A DNA stretch of 64,000 nucleotides from Eledone cirrhosa. Taxonomy: Eukaryota. The stretch covers positions 14,198,001-14,262,000 of the forward strand of contig OZ024755.1 in assembly GCA_964016885.1 (NCBI GenBank), in the 5' to 3' direction. Every line of letters begins with the position of its first letter. The first letter of the stretch is position 1. The notes beneath the pieces are model-generated. The model was not told the origin of the DNA and did no database searches. It saw only the letters and a program-made list of their open reading frames with translations. The position numbers and the translations under genes are program-made. This document shows, one piece after another, positions 1 to 15,312 of the stretch.

Positions 1-2312
1 TTACATTCATTTTTCCCCCATGCTTTCACAGGTTGGGTAAAGGCTGGAGTTTACTCTGTTTTAATGTATTATTAAGCAACAGAGAGTACAAGATTCCTTT
101 CTGGACAAGATACTAGTCCATTGCAGGTCTAATGTCCAGTTGCTAACCCTAACCCTAACACTTCCAGCTGAGCAAACTAAAGTAATGTGAAATGAAGTGC
201 CTTGTTCAAGAATCTCCCAAGTCCTAACATTCCACCTCTTTGCATACGTCCTTAGATTTACATCCCCAATCCCCACACACCTCTCCCCACCCAACCTACA
301 CTGTAAAGTGAACATGATGATGACACAACAAAAATTGCCCAGCCTACACTGTAAAGTGGTTGTATAGGTGACTCAACAAAAAGCGCTTAGCCTACACAGT
401 AAAATGGTTGTGTAGGTATCATGACAAAAAGCACTTAGGAAGGGCATTCAGCCTTAGAAACCAAGGCAGAATCTGTTCTGCATGGGCAAGACATGGTCAT
501 CTGACCTGGCTTGTCTCAATGGGACAACTTGTCTAACCTATGCTAGCGTGGAAAAATGGACGTTAAACAGTGATGATGATGATGATAAATCTTTCATTTG
601 AACATTTCAGTGACAAGTCTATTTGAGAACCCATTCAACCCGTGCCAGAATAGAAAATGGATTTTGATATAAAGTCTGAGTGAGTTTATAGTAAATAAAA
701 GCTTTGATATTTTTAATTGGTCAACAGTCCAAAAAAATTTATTAGCTTATAAAGTAGTGTGGTTTGTCCAAATGGTGACAGCTTTTTCACTGAATAGACA
801 ATGCCTAGTGTTAACCTAAATTTCAATAATCTATCTGCCTGCCTTACTCTGTCTTCACTCTGTCTACTCTCTCTCTCTTGGTGCCAACCCTTTTAGCCAC
901 TTCATACAACACACAGGGATATAGTATACCTATTCTAAACCAGATAAATACAGTATGAGAATGAATGATGAGAAGTAATGGTTAAAAGGTGGAATAATAG
1001 AGTATGATTTAAGTGTGAGACTGATATTGTAAAATGGATATACACTATATATTTTTTAAATCACACAGAACAAAAATGGTAATCTGTCTTATTGGTAATG
1101 TTTGGTTTCTTATAAAACTAATACAAGTGATTTAAGGCCATTTCCCCTCCACCCCTACTAAAACAAGGATTCAAATTGTGGGTCACAAAAAAGGCTTCAT
1201 GCTCATCATGCGGTCCTTTCTGAAGCAATAAATTTATGGAAGGATGTCCTTCCTGGTGTCATCAACCTTTGTAGTCCCATTTTCCAACACACATAGAGAT
1301 ACAATGTACCTATTCTTATTAAATTAATAATAGACCGAAACTAGCTTGATTAATGACTACATGGAATTATCTAGCAGCAGCAAATATATTTTCTTTATCT
1401 TTTCTGATACAATTTTAGAGTGAGTGACCTTGTTTAATTATTTTGAGGAGACACATTATTCAAAAATAGACTTCACAGATGCTGAAACAGATTGGAATTG
1501 GAATTAATTACCCAGCTCCAATTAAAGCAGCCATTTCAAAATCTATGGAATCAAAAGCTAAAAGCTAATAAGAACTCAAAAGATAAAGTAAATAAGTAAC
1601 AAATAAAGTAAATAAGCTTTAACCATTAAATAGATTAAAAGCCAAACTATGTTCAAAATGTATCCCTTGATGATAAAAAAGTGGCACAACCTATGAAAAT
1701 ATAAGTCAGATGGGAATTCTCAAATAATTTTTTTTTACACAAATCTTTAATAATGGAACTCTTTAGAGCACTAACGATATGTTTAATTAGAGTAAAATAT
1801 GTTTACAAATCTAAGGTCAATAATTTGATACCATACAAATCTATAGAACACTGCCAAAATTACAACAATAAACATACATTACAGAGAGTATCATCATCAT
1901 CATTTAATATCTGTTTTCCCTGCTAGCAAGGGTTGGCCAAGTCTTCACAGACCAAGTCAGTACTGAAGCGAGGCTTCTGACCTCCCAGACAGATCGAGGG
2001 TCTGCATCTTATGCACGGTACCATATTTTACAGAGTTCATTTTATATTGTCATATCTTGGACATAACTGAAGTTTGCCTGGCAAACTTTCTACGGTTGGA
2101 TGTCCTTCCTATCACCAACCATATACTGCCAGCAAGGATCCAATGAGAATATCCATTTCATTGGGGGTTTCTTGAATGCCTTAATGATAGGGGCCACAGT
2201 CATATCACATTACTATTCCTCCAACCATTTGCGTATTAATTTCATGAGTAGGTGGCTCTGTTGTTGAAACAACTACAACACTCATCATTGGAACCAACAT
2301 ATGCCCCAAAAC

Positions 2313-2351
<39 letters not shown>

Positions 2352-2603
2352 CAAATATCTTCTATATTATATATATAATATAGAAAATATAAGATGATTA
2401 TGCAAGGTGGTGGTGGTTGTATAGAAGCAAAACAGCAAGATTATAGCAAAGATTAAAATTTAACAACACACGAGATTTCTTATGAGATAAATAACAAAAG
2501 TAGGTTCAGGTGTCTGACAAGAGGAGTATGTGTGAGTATGCATATGTATGTATATATATCATCATCATCATTTAATGTCCATGCTAGCATTGATAGGACA
2601 GGT

Positions 2604-2635
<32 letters not shown>

Positions 2636-5600
2636 TACATACATATATAGCATTACCACTTTTTAACACTAAGGAACTTATTGTATTCTCAGCCAGGCTG
2701 GTAAAATAGTGCTAGGAGTGGGTCATGCTACGTATTGCTTGCTGAAGGAGTGGGGGCCATCCCACTGTAGAAGATTATATACATATATATGTGTGTGAGT
2801 GTGTATCATCATCATTATCATCATCACCATGATTTAATGTCTCATGGGTTAGACAGATTGTCACTTGAAACAAAAATTTGTGGAGCAAAAATATCTGTGG
2901 GAAGGAAAACGAGAAAAAGTGCTCATATATATATACACACACACACACACACTCAACTTACATGTTTGAGTGCTCATTCAGTTAATGTTTTAATGTTTTA
3001 AATACTGTATGTATCTATGGACCTGTAACGCCTGATGGAGTCATATGAGTGCGATAGATATGACTTGGCTATTTTAAACCTAGTAGACTAGTAGAGCCTA
3101 TCCCACTCCAGGTCTGAACACAGCTGGGTTGTCGGACATTGTCATAACTAAAGAGTCCTCCATACTCGGCAGGATGGGCTCCCATGTATATGTAAATCTG
3201 TGTGTGTGGCTTGTTCTATCACTGGCAGGAAATTTCTAGAGTTAAATTTTAGAAATTATAATCTTCATAGAAGATAAATGACATGATCTTGTTGTGTAGA
3301 TTTAAATCAGTATTTCACTAAGACATGCCATTATAGAAACATGGACATTAATCTCATAAAAACAATAATATTTACATTTACAAATCAACTTCATTTTTGT
3401 TTTCTATTTTCTTCATTTTTTTCTACACCCATTATATTTTTTTTTATAATGGATAGCTCAATAAATATAGTTTATTTCCATAGAGATTATAGCTGTAAAT
3501 ATTTCTTTTCTATCCTATCATCCTATAGCTATAACAAATATGTTATTTGCATGTAGGCAGATGAAGAACAGCAGAGTGACATACCTTGGCAAGAGCCACA
3601 TCAAAATGGCTATAACAATCAGCCTAGTCAAAAATAGATATCACAATAAGCCCCTACCACCTCTAGGGTCATGACAGAAAACTCATCAACTACACTGCCA
3701 AAAAGGAAGTAAAAATTACATACTCTATATTATAATTGAATATCTTTTATTATGCACCCATATATACTAGATTAACCCTTTTCATACTAAACTGCCTGAA
3801 ACATGATAAAAAGCCTGAATTTTTTGTAAGAACCTTTGTTACATTCCAAACAACAAATCATCATCCTTTAATATCCGTTTTCCCTGCTAGCAAGCCTTAG
3901 ATAAGTTATCACATAACCCATGCTAGTGTGGAAGATGGACGTTAAACGAAGATGACGATGATGATGAAATCAGTACTTAAACTAAGCCACAGACTTCGCA
4001 GATGGGCCAGGAGCCACATCTCACTGCAAAAGTTAGTTGTATTATAAAGTCCCTCCAAATTCTTGATTATTTTCGAACTTAATAGCAAATCATGAGTTAA
4101 AGCTTTTATTTTATATTAAAAACAACAAAATGACCCTTAGGTTTCCTTTAACTTAACCCTTTTGTTGTCATTTCTAATGCAATATACTATCAATGTGTTT
4201 ACTTATTTTGAAAATAAAAAATTTGGGGGAATTTAATAAAATATTTTTTTTTTAGTTAGCTGATGTTTGGAATGTAAAATTTTTTAGTAAGCTGATGTTT
4301 GGAATGTAAAATTTTCTTACATAAAATTATAATGAAAAGTTTTAACTCTTGATACCAACCCACCAGAAACTACTCTTGCGTTCTATGGTGAAAACCTATT
4401 TGTTTTAAAATGTTCAGGTATAAATTTAAGCCTTCACTTATCTTTTGTAATAACATTTTCTAAATACCAACTTAATAATGAAAAAAATTAGTTATATTAC
4501 TAAACCACTCCATATATCTTATTTTCGATATTTTAAAAATTAATGTAAATCAGAGGCAGTGTATGTCATTAAAAATAATATGATAACAAAAGGGTTTATA
4601 TAAATGTGAACACTTCAAAATGGGCAGTTTTATATCATAGAATCAAGGATGATTTTAGACAGGTTGATATCAAGTGGTTTAATGAATGTTTGGCATTACC
4701 AGGCACACTTTCCACCCCTACCTCCATTAAACCAAGGATTTATTTACTGCACTTTCTATTTCAAAGTCATATAGCACACTATACAGAAGGCATAGATCTA
4801 TGAAAACATTTACAATAACAAAACACAAACACATACAAAAATCATTTGGATTCCAATAATAAAATATATATATATATTTTAGAAAGAGAAGAATTTAAAA
4901 GCAAATATCATAGATAAGATATGTGGCCTGGTTCTGTCAGCCTGTCAAGTACAAAACAGTAGAAACAGCAGCAGGAACTAATAAATAATATTGGTAAATG
5001 TCAAAATAAAATAAACATATAAATGAATAAATAAATGTCAGTGTTAGTTGAGACTAGATAACAAATATCAAAATTACAATAAAACATATATTTCACATAT
5101 GATGCATTGAACAATATTCCAAACAGCCAAGAAATTTATGTGTAATTCCTGACGTGATCAGTTATTTAAATTGTCTGAGCTGAGAAAAAATAAAAAAGAG
5201 GAAAATGATACCATTCCCATTCCAAGAAAAAGAATAGAAGGTATTAGAAAAAAAATATTCCACTGAAATTCTATAGTTTCAAAAGTCAAATGTCTATAAA
5301 TCTCTATAAATTACAAAAAAAAAAAGAAAAGATTTGTCATTACTACTACTACTAGTTTTATATAAGAATCAAACTTTGGTTTTAAAAAATAGAGAATTTA
5401 AAAAGGTGGATTGCATGATGCTTGTCCTCGTAGAGGAAGATTGCCCTTACGATGAGATATAAACATTGAATGTTGGAGATGTGTGAAATTCTTTAAACAA
5501 AGCAAACAAGCTCCACTGGATGTGTAACGTTAGTGTACGTAAACAACAAAGTTCATATTAGTAAAGAGAAAAAAATAGGTATAAGAGGAATTATTGGTTG

Positions 5601-6249
5601 TTGCGTGCAAGATAGACTTAAGACTGCACTGGTATGGACATGTAATTCATATGAGTGACAGTTGTGTAAAAAAAAAAAGTGCCAGGAATCGCAGGGGGAT
5701 TAATGAAGAAGTGAGTAGAAATAGTGAAGTCTAATCTTCGAATGCTAAACTTTACAAAGGAGATGACAAAGATATGCAACAAGTGGCAAAACGCTATTTT
5801 AGAGAGGTCCTGTCAAACACATGCAAGCAAATTGATGATGAACATATGGAAACTAAATAACGGCTGTCATTGCAATCGATGATGACTTGGTAACATATGT
5901 TTTAGTTAATGGGTTTATATGCCATGTAGTTACAAGAAAACATGGCCACCCTATTGCCTCTATGGCCCTCGACCTAGCAAAACATCCAGGATGTGACAAT
6001 TTGAGGGATATATATATAGAGAGAGAGAAAGAGAGGGGGGAGACCTCATCAGCTGAAAGTTTTTTTTCCACTTTAACCATCACAAAATCTTCCATGTTCA
6101 CACATTGTATTTTGTACCAGACTCCAAAATTTGCCATCACTGCCAAATCAATACTTTCCAACAAGTCCTTATGGCACGCAGAGATTCAGTGTACTTTTTC
6201 TAAACCAGGTACACACATATATCTAATATTATAAAATATAAAATTTATG

Positions 6250-6366
6250 TTGTTATAGCTGTCAAAACTATACCAGTGACTAGAGAGCCAGAAGTTCCAT
6301 GCTTAATGCACTAAGCACAAAACTCCTGGCTCTAGAGTCACTGGTATAGCTTCACAGCTATAACAA
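6250..6366. repeat. Short foldback / MITE-like inverted repeat
   Basis: TTGTTATAGCTGT..CTATACCAGTGACT..AGAGCCAG pairs with CTGGCTCT..AGTCACTGGTATAG..ACAGCTATAACAA. Confidence 0.75.
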
Positions 6367-7775
6367 AATATTATTTATCACTCTACTTGTGTATAAAGTT
6401 TTGTTGCTTCCGTTTGCACAGCCAAACAAAGGATCAGAAGTCCTTTTCAGCTAATCTCTCTAGTGTTAGTGATTTACATGATAAACGCACCCAGTAACTG
6501 TAAAGTAGTTGATGAAAGGAAGGAGGGCATCCAGCCGTAGAAAAAGATTGAGAGGAATTTTCAGCTGTGTCAAGGACATGACAATCAGCCTAGTGCTTGT
6601 GCCACAATAAAATGCACATGATAGTGAACAGAATTGTATGTAAACTAGCCACTGGCCTCTAGCCAGTCTGAGCTTTTGTTTCAGTACAGAAACGTAAAAG
6701 AGATGATAGCTCCCAGCCCACCATTAGGGTCAGCTTCACTGCTTTGAGTATCAATCCAGTCTGCTGACAACCTGTCCAACTCTTGCTAGCAGAGAAAGAG
6801 AATGTTAAACGATGGTGATGATGATGATGACGATGATAATGGTGGTGATGGTGACGATGGTGATGATAATGATAGTGGTGGTGATGATAATGGTAGTGGT
6901 GATGATAATGGTAGTGGTGGTGGATTGTCTGAGTGAGAAAGATATGTGATTGGCTGAATGTTTTGCTGACGTAAGAGAAAGACTTAATTTTTAATCTGTT
7001 AGTCAACAGAAGTAATAGCCAGAAAAATAGAAGACAATATTACATTTAACTTAGGTGGACCCACAGAAATTCCACAGGAAATAGGAATTATTCATCTTCA
7101 CTATGGAAACATGATAAAATCAAGGAATACATGAATACAGTATTATATTGCAGTTCACATTTTTTACAATCTGAACATCAGCTAATTTTTCCATCATTTT
7201 GATGTTTGACATTAAAATATACAATAAAACATATATGTAAATCAATAAATATCCATTTTAACTAATTTTAGAAGTTTCACTTGGTTCTATTTTATGCTAA
7301 AGACAAGCAGCCTAAAACCACCCCTGGTTCTAAGATACAAATCGTGGTCCAATTGTTTGGAATCATTTTGTGTGCAAAGATGCACCTCTTCCAGACTTAA
7401 ACGATGTAATATATATATATATATATATATTAAAAATATGCTGTTGAGTAATCAACAAAACTGTTTATGATAAAAAAAAGAAACCTACCATCTACCATTA
7501 AACAAATATTTCAAAATTTGTAAATAGAATAAAAAATGACTGCATAAAGTGCCCATTTTACAGGCCATCATGAAAAGGATAATAGTATTTTTACTATAAT
7601 CCTTCTCGATGGCCTCACTAGCCTGATTAGTGAATTCTTAATAATGAACCACTTCATTCAATTCCTAAGAACCCTTTATTTTCTTCTTTGTAAATAGTGT
7701 ATCAAACTTCTTTCTTTTATGTACCTTTTTTATATTCTAAATCGATAAAGTGATAAAAATAAAAAACTTTTAAAA

Positions 7776-7856
<81 letters not shown>

Positions 7857-7860
<4 letters not shown>

Positions 7861-8155
7861 AACGAGTTGAAGGAGAAGCTGGGTTTAAGAGGAATTCGAG
7901 GTGATGTGCAGAAGAGAAGACTGTGTTGCTTTGGACATGTGATGCACATGGGCAATGATGATAGGGTGAAGAAGTGACAGGAAATGCGAGTGGAAGGAAG
8001 TCACGGTAGAGATAGACTAAGAAAGTCCTGAGCAGAGGTTGTAAGAGCTGACTACAAATCACTGAGACTCAAAGACAAAGGACCGCAACGTCTGGAGAGA
8101 TGCTATCCTGAGATGGACCCGTCCAACCCATGTAAGCATGGAAAAGCAAACGTAA
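7857..8155 (+). mobile_element. RTE LINE 3' fragment
   Basis: Encodes LNELKEKLGLRGIRGDVQKRRLCCFGHVMHM and ends in CCAACCCATGTAAGCATGGAAAA, the shared RTE 3' terminus. Confidence 0.75.
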
Positions 8156-8767
8156 TAACTTTTCAAAAGAAAACCAATGGTAATCTATTAAAGTGAATAT
8201 GCTTTCATTAAGAACAATTCAAGGTTATATTTACTTTTGAGCCTGGGCAATGCTAGGCATTCTGCCAGTATACACTCACACACATAATGTTCACAAAAGT
8301 TTTCAAGTGAAAACCCATGGTTTTCTATTAAAGAGAATATGCTTTCATTAGGAACAATTCTAGGTTATAGCTATTTTTTTAGAATGGGCAATGTCAAGTA
8401 TTCTGCCAGTATACTCAAACAGTGACATACCCTACAAAGTTAATAAAATACCAATTTATGTCATTTCTTGACTGAAACAAGATTCTAAATAATATTTCAA
8501 AAGAAGTAAGAATAAATTAGAAAGCAACATTGATTTCTTTCAGACAATAGATACAGTTTATCACACACAATTCTAGACATGTATTTCCGTTATCTGATTG
8601 TTATTGCTCTCGCAGTCTTCAAGAATTGAAGTCTATTTCTTTTTCACTAAATTTCAATATTCATAGATGACTTTAGAAAAGAAGAATAATGGCAATATAT
8701 ATATATATATACATACACATATATATACACATCCACACACACACACACAGAAACATATATTACTTAC

Positions 8768-8947
8768 CAGATTATCTCGAGCACACGTAATTAGAACTGG
8801 TGGTCCAAAAATACGCTTCTTCTCACAATAAAGTTGGCGAAAAACTTCATTTTCAAAACTGTCTAAGATGAAGATAAGTTCAAAATCAGTTGATTTTGCT
8901 GGAATATCTTGGCCTGTGTCTGAATAGATGATTGGGTGACCAAAATA
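8768..8947 (-). CDS. ECT2: ECT2/pebble-like gene, coding exon 4 (BRCT0 region); the gene continues beyond this exon
   Basis: 180-nt exon bounded by a T-tract+AAAG acceptor and a GTAAGT donor. Translates YFGHPIIYSDTGQDIPAKSTDFELIFILDSFENEVFRQLYCEKKRIFGPPVLITCARDNL, which resembles the ECT2 segment I recall as FVVTDFQDSVFNDLYKADCRVIGPPVVLNC. Phase 0/0 and in frame with the upstream exons. Confidence 0.88.
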
Positions 8948-9092
8948 CTTTAAAAAAAAAAAAAAAAAAAAGGTGAGAGCAGAAAATTAGATATGTTGTG
9001 AAGATGATTTTGCAGAACTTAATAAATGATCATGACAAATATCTCAATAATAGTCTGTTTGACTATGTGTGTGCCTGTTGTATGTGTTAGAC

Positions 9093-9236
9093 CAGGCATA
9101 GGCAAACTTTTTCGAGCAGTGGGCTACATAGCAGTGGCTTTTCATAAGGCGGGTCATGCTACTACAAAATTCAAGGCAATTTTGAAATTAGGTGTGCCAT
9201 TCAGAAAGCCAAATGGGCCCAGTTTGCCCAAGACTG
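9093..9236. mobile_element. Non-autonomous hAT (Buster/Charlie-type) MITE with an 8-bp TSD
   Basis: Imperfect TIRs CAGGCATAGGCAAAC / GTTTGCCCAAGACTG. Exact TSD TGTTAGAC at 9085-9092 and 9237-9244 with a central TA. Confidence 0.85.
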
Positions 9237-9322
9237 TGTTAGACTATGTTTAAATGTATGTGTCTGCATATGGCTGCTTATTTATATTAAATATACACAT
9301 TGTGTGTATTTGTATATGTGCA

Positions 9323-9355
<33 letters not shown>

Positions 9356-11231
9356 TAGACAAGTTCCAAATGTATGTGTCTGCATACGTCTTATCTACAT
9401 TGATATGCACATTGTGTGCATATACATGTATATGTGGTGCTGTGTTGGACATTTAAACCTGGTTAAGCCCATCCCTCTCTGGACTGGCATTTTATCAAAT
9501 GGATGACCAGCAAAGTTGACCTTAGTGGAATTTGAACTCAGATTACAGAGAACAAGAATGAATACTACGAAACATTTTAACAGCTCTGACAGCTTGTCAC
9601 TTCATAGGCTGTGTTTATCATCAGAAATATGGTTACGAAAGGGTTAAACAGACAAGATAAATATAACCAGTCTATGAGAGGTAAGATTTCACAGTCGAAT
9701 GAACTGAGAGTTAAAGAATTAAATGTACAGCCAAATACACCATGAAAGTCGTAAGATTTATTCAGTCAACCATTTAAACCTATTTTAATAATAATATTAT
9801 TATTATTTCGTCAGTATATATCAGCAAACAGTCAGTAATGGTAGCCAGTGAAAATGGATGGCAACTAATCATACTTATGAAGATGTTCTGGAAATATATA
9901 ATTATGAGTGTGTGTGTGTGTATGTATATATATATATATATATATATCATCATACACACACACATATATATATATACATACACACACACATATACATGCA
10001 CTCTATATATATATACATATACATACATACTATATATATATACACACACACATACATACATATCATATATATATATTTATATATATGGCACTATCTCTTC
10101 CATTACTCCCACTCCACTGTTTGTCACATCATAATCTTGCTCCTTTCTTCCATTATTACACCCTGCTATTACTGTCTCTCTTTCGTTACACCTACCCTGT
10201 TTCTCCAATCATCTATTCTGAATTAATTTAGCTCACAAACTCACATTTCAAATAAACTATTAAATATATCATTAATTGGAAAACTGTTGAAATTATTTCG
10301 GTTTGCCTTGTGAAAGCAACATTTCACAAAAAAAAATAAAATAACAAAAGCAACATTTTAACAGCGAAGTTAAGCCTGAAAATGGTGTTAAGAGCTCTTC
10401 AATTCATCTTAAAATATCAAGGACTTCTTCACAATTCATCTCAAATTTATTAAACGTAATTCTTCCCCTTCAAATTATTGTCATTTCAAATTTAGGACTA
10501 ACAATTCTGGCACAGGTGTGAGTTGAATATTTTCATCTCAGCCAAAAACTTGCTCTCAAAACTGTCACTGACAATTAAACAGATACCAAAACCAAACCCA
10601 TAATCCTTCTTTTTAAATTCTATATTATGAATAGGTTAACTTTCTAGCCATATTAATCCTGCTTGTTGCGAATGTTTGTAAGAATTTGATGTATTGGTAA
10701 AATACAAAAATTTGCACTTGTATCCTCAGACTGTTTTAAATGTTAACATCAAAGATATAATGGAACTTGAAACACTGCAGCTCTACATAAGACTGATCAC
10801 TGTAAAAACTAATGGTATTGACAGTTTTGGGACAAATGGAATCTATTGCAATGATTAAACATATATGCTCTCTAATAGAAACTGAAAATATGAAAATATT
10901 ACTGTATACTGCCTTTCTGAAACCAGAAAAGAAAAAAAAAAAAATCTACCAATAAACACTACTACAAATTTAGATCTGGGTCAATGACCTACCAGCCAGT
11001 CCACTGCTAAGTGTCTACATCCCAAGTCATAAATCATAAATTTGGCAGAATTGTTAGACCATGAAAAGACCAGACAACAATCTTGTGGTGTGGTACTTAT
11101 TCTGGAGACATGTATTCTCAGTTCAAATTCTACCATATGGCTATCAACTTTGCCTTTCATGCTTTCTGAGGTTAAGAACCAACAAGATGAGATCAGTCTA
11201 AATTATATAATATGTGTGTGTGTGTGTATAT

Positions 11232-11355
11232 ATATTATAAAGAGCTGGGACCCAACAGCTGAGCTCTTGTCATTTCAACTGCTAGTCCCAGACTCTCAAA
11301 CTAACTGTTGAAATGGCAAGAGCTCAACCATCGGCTCCCGACTCTTTATAATATA
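11232..11355. repeat. Short foldback / MITE-like element, related copy at ~16972-17077
   Basis: TGAGCTCTTGTCATTTCAAC pairs with GTTGAAATGGCAAGAGCTCA. TA flanks. Confidence 0.7.
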
Positions 11356-12613
11356 GCCATACTCTACTACCTCAAATATTTCAAACTGGTTATATCCTGG
11401 TTTATATATATATATATCAAACACATTTTAGCTGGCAGTGGTTCAAACCAATTTCAAAGCACCACCTGGTCAGTGAATGTTATGTTTACAATTGAGAAAT
11501 TTATCTATTCAACCATAAATTAGTTCAGGTGGCTTTTGTTTGGTATTTGTGGAGGGATATATTAAGGTGGAGTTGGAATGTATTCAGACTTTTAAGTTGT
11601 TTGATATGTTCAGGTTTGTAGTTGAAGACAGACTTATGGAGGTTATGGCGATGTGGTAGGTTACATTTGTTTCAGGATTTCTCTTGCATCACCATACCTC
11701 CAACCCTATCATTCAACAGAGGGAATTTGTTCAGCCATTTGTGGCCTGATGGTTAGGATGTTGGACTCATGATCATAAATTCATAGGTACTATTACTGAA
11801 TTAGGTGGCACATTGTCTTCTTGAGCAAGACACTTCATTTGATGTTACATTACATAATAGGACTGGGGACCCTGTCAGTAAAGTACACAAGATACCTTGT
11901 ATAGAATGCAACCTGGCAGGAGGCCAGCTAAACCTGCAGGGGGTGAGTTGTAGATTTTTTTTAACCCTCCCATCAACAAATCTCCTTATTTAAGTGTGAA
12001 GTTGAAAGAAAACATACTGGATCAGGAGGAACTAAGTGAATTGAAAAAAAAAAAAATTTACAATTCACACATATGCAGGTTTAACTGGCTTCCTACAGAG
12101 ATGCATCATAGTTTTTTCATGTGTATTAATGATAGGGGAACCCCAGTCCATTCATGAAAAGCAATATGAAATAAAACAACTATGTAAATAAAACAACATA
12201 ATGCACCACCCTATATGATTGTTAAGTCTAACACTAACCACTAAGCAACATAGATCACTACAGAAAATAGAATAATATACCTTTCTATTGTGGGATTTAA
12301 ATAATAGTCCAATACTTCAGCCACTAGGTGTTAGCACTGTCAGCATATATAATTCTACACCAGTAGAGTGCAATAAATACTAACATAACTTGTTTAACTG
12401 GCTGGGTGGGTTTGAAAACAGAGAAAGTCAGTTCAATTTCTATTTGAAGCTGAGATTGTTTTTTTTTTTGCTCTTTGTTTTGTTTTGCTTTTTTCTCAGC
12501 CAGTGTATGGCTTTAAATTAAGAAACTTAAGTTGATCATCTACCTTATAAGTTATTGATTCAATAACACAAACTTCAAACACCTACACTTGCTCAAACTG
12601 ACTTAGTTATATA

Positions 12614-12651
<38 letters not shown>

Positions 12652-13473
12652 AATATGTCTATCTATCTAGGGCGGGTAAAATTCCCGAGATGTTCTTTTC
12701 AATGGCTGACAATACCTTACCGGCGGCACTCGAATAAGGTAATTATTTAACCCATAAATGGGGCCCTAACAGGTACTACTACTCCGGGCCAGAGCAGACT
12801 TGGGAGTTATGACAACTCCACATTCCCCACAGCTCCTGAACTGGAGCCTTGCCACTGGATATAGGTTAATGTCATACCTAGGACAATGTAAATATGTATG
12901 TGTATAAAAAAACGATTATATATATATATATATATTCATTTATTGTGAGTCTTCTTGCTTTAGAGTGTCAGGATCATCAAACAAAACTCACTACTTAGCC
13001 ATAATAAATGAATATTTAAACTCTACTATGGTATTGAACACTTTTTTTTCTAGTCCGTCAACCACATATGGATATATATATATATATGTATATATCATCA
13101 TCATTTTAATGTCTGCTTTCCCTACTAGCAAGTGTTGGATGGCTCCATATAGAGCAAGTCAGTACTTAAGCAGAACCATTGATCTCCCAGGTAGGCCAGA
13201 GACCTGTGTGCTTATGTACGGTCTCATGTTCTATTGAGTGCTCAGGAGAGTTTGTCATGCATTTCAGACAACTGAGGGTCCTCGCAACTCTTTGTTTGGC
13301 AAGATTTTTATGGCTTGATGGCCTTCCTATCACCAACCATTTTACAGTGTGTACTGGGTGCATTTATTGTATAGATCACCAACACTAGGGAAGTTGTCAA
13401 GCACTTGCGCAACTGGAGGGTCCTCCCGACCCATTGTATGTATGTGTATATATATACATATACACATTTATGT

Positions 13474-13935
13474 ATCATCGTCATCATCTTCGTTTAACGT
13501 CCATCTTCCATGTTAGCATGGGTTAGACGGGAGTTGTCCCACTTGAGGCAAGGTTAGTCGGGTGACTGTGTCTCGCTCATATAGGACCATCTGGCGGGTT
13601 TTCTATGCCCTTCCTAACACCAAACACATTTACAGTGTGGATTGGGAACTTTTTACCATGTTACCTACACAGCCACATTACAGCGTGGACAGTGTGTTTT
13701 TTTTTGTTGTGACACCTACACGATCTCGATCTCATTTATTTGGACTGAATGTTGTGGTACCAACTTTACAGAGAGAGGGTGGTGTTGGTGGGAGTGGGAG
13801 GATAGAGTAGGAGTAGTTGATTGGGGTGTATATTTGGTTAAGAGGTGCCTACTGACTGTAGGTTTCACTTTGTACATAGGCAAGGCGGGTCTTCTGTATT
13901 ATTGTGTTGCGCCAAAGATCTCGGTCCAGTGACAT
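13474..13935 (-). mobile_element. RTE LINE 3' end fragment of the same family
   Basis: Colinear with 25140-25585 (GCGCCAAAGATCTCGGTCCAGTGACATTGTC; CATCAT tail). Confidence 0.85.
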
Positions 13936-15312
13936 TGTCAAGGCATGGTCAGCCGACCAGACACTGCCCACAACAGGACAACTCTTCTAACCCATGCTAG
14001 CATAGAAGAACGGACGTAAAACGGTGATGATGATGATGTCAGATGGATATCATCATCATTATCGTTAGTAGTATCTTTAATTAGAAATATGGTAATAAAG
14101 TGATTAAATCTACTTACTTATTACTCACTACATCTGCCTCTGTGTACACAAAACTAACACTTCAATCATAATAGACACCTCTTTCCTACAATACTGAAGG
14201 TTTGCCTTCAGTTTTGATTTATATTTTCTTTTACATATTGACATAGACTGAAATTTAGATTTGTATGTCTGCTGTATGTATAGGTATACTGCATCCATGC
14301 ATGTCATATGAGGCAACAAAAAACAGGGAGGAGCCATGAAAGGGTATCCAGCTGCGAAACATTGTCTCAAACCTTCTTGACTAAACCCATACCAGCATGG
14401 AAAAATAGGCATAAAAACGATGATGATGATGTCTTATTATACAGAGGTGTTTCATGCTTGAGTGCCCTTCATCCTGCCAAATATACTGCTTAAAACTAAA
14501 GGGAATGTATCTATCTTAAACTATGTTGACTAAAGCAGACAGAGTAGTGTACCTTGATAAAGCATTCAACCCACTGCATGTGTATGTGTGTGTGTATGTA
14601 TATATATATATATATAAACCCAGTACTTTTATACTGCTTAATAATTACTGGATGAAATAAACCATTACTTTAACCCTTTAGTTACCATATTTCTAATGAA
14701 AAACAAACCAAATGATTTTCAATTCATTTTGAAAATAATTATTAATTTGGAAAGATGTAGTAATATTATTGAGCTAGTGTATTGTTACATAAGAAAGTTT
14801 CTTACATAAAATTATGATGGAAGATTTTTTAGATAAATATAAAAACTATATGATAAACAACTTTGTATTAAAGAACCAAAGAGTGGTTTCAGGCAAATTT
14901 GGTATCAAAATGGTGAAAGATTGTTAATATAGTGGATGTAAATCATCCAGTACTTTAAAACCAGTTCAAATCCTGTAAACGCAAACTTTGCCTTTTATCC
15001 ATTCGAAGTTGATAAAAAAAAAGTACGAGTCTAGTACTAGGGTCGATTCTTCCTTTATATCTCTTTCTCACTTCCATTCTCTATCCTTTTCTGGAAGAAA
15101 TCTACTGTATTCAGACCTGGAGAGAAGATGGGCTCTGCCAGATTTAAAAATGACCTAGAAACGATGTATGTCAATACAGCGCCTCTACGACTCCCACAGG
15201 AGTTACAGGACTAAAAACAAAAACAAACTCTAACACTAATTAACACTATATTCAAAATACTTAATGCACAACAAACATCAAAACTTCACCTTAAAATAAA
15301 TTTTTAAATTAC

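Noticed and set aside
143-160. (CCCTAA)n telomeric repeat
   Set aside because: Only about three units, a common short motif in interspersed repeats.
5880-6056. Possible decayed minus-strand hammerhead (AAAAC-ATAT-GTT and a distant CTGATGAG)
   Set aside because: The core halves cannot be joined by a plausible stem I/II. Too degenerate to support.
6659-7006. His-rich ORF
   Set aside because: Degenerate (GAT/GGT)n tail of an RTE-type 3' end.
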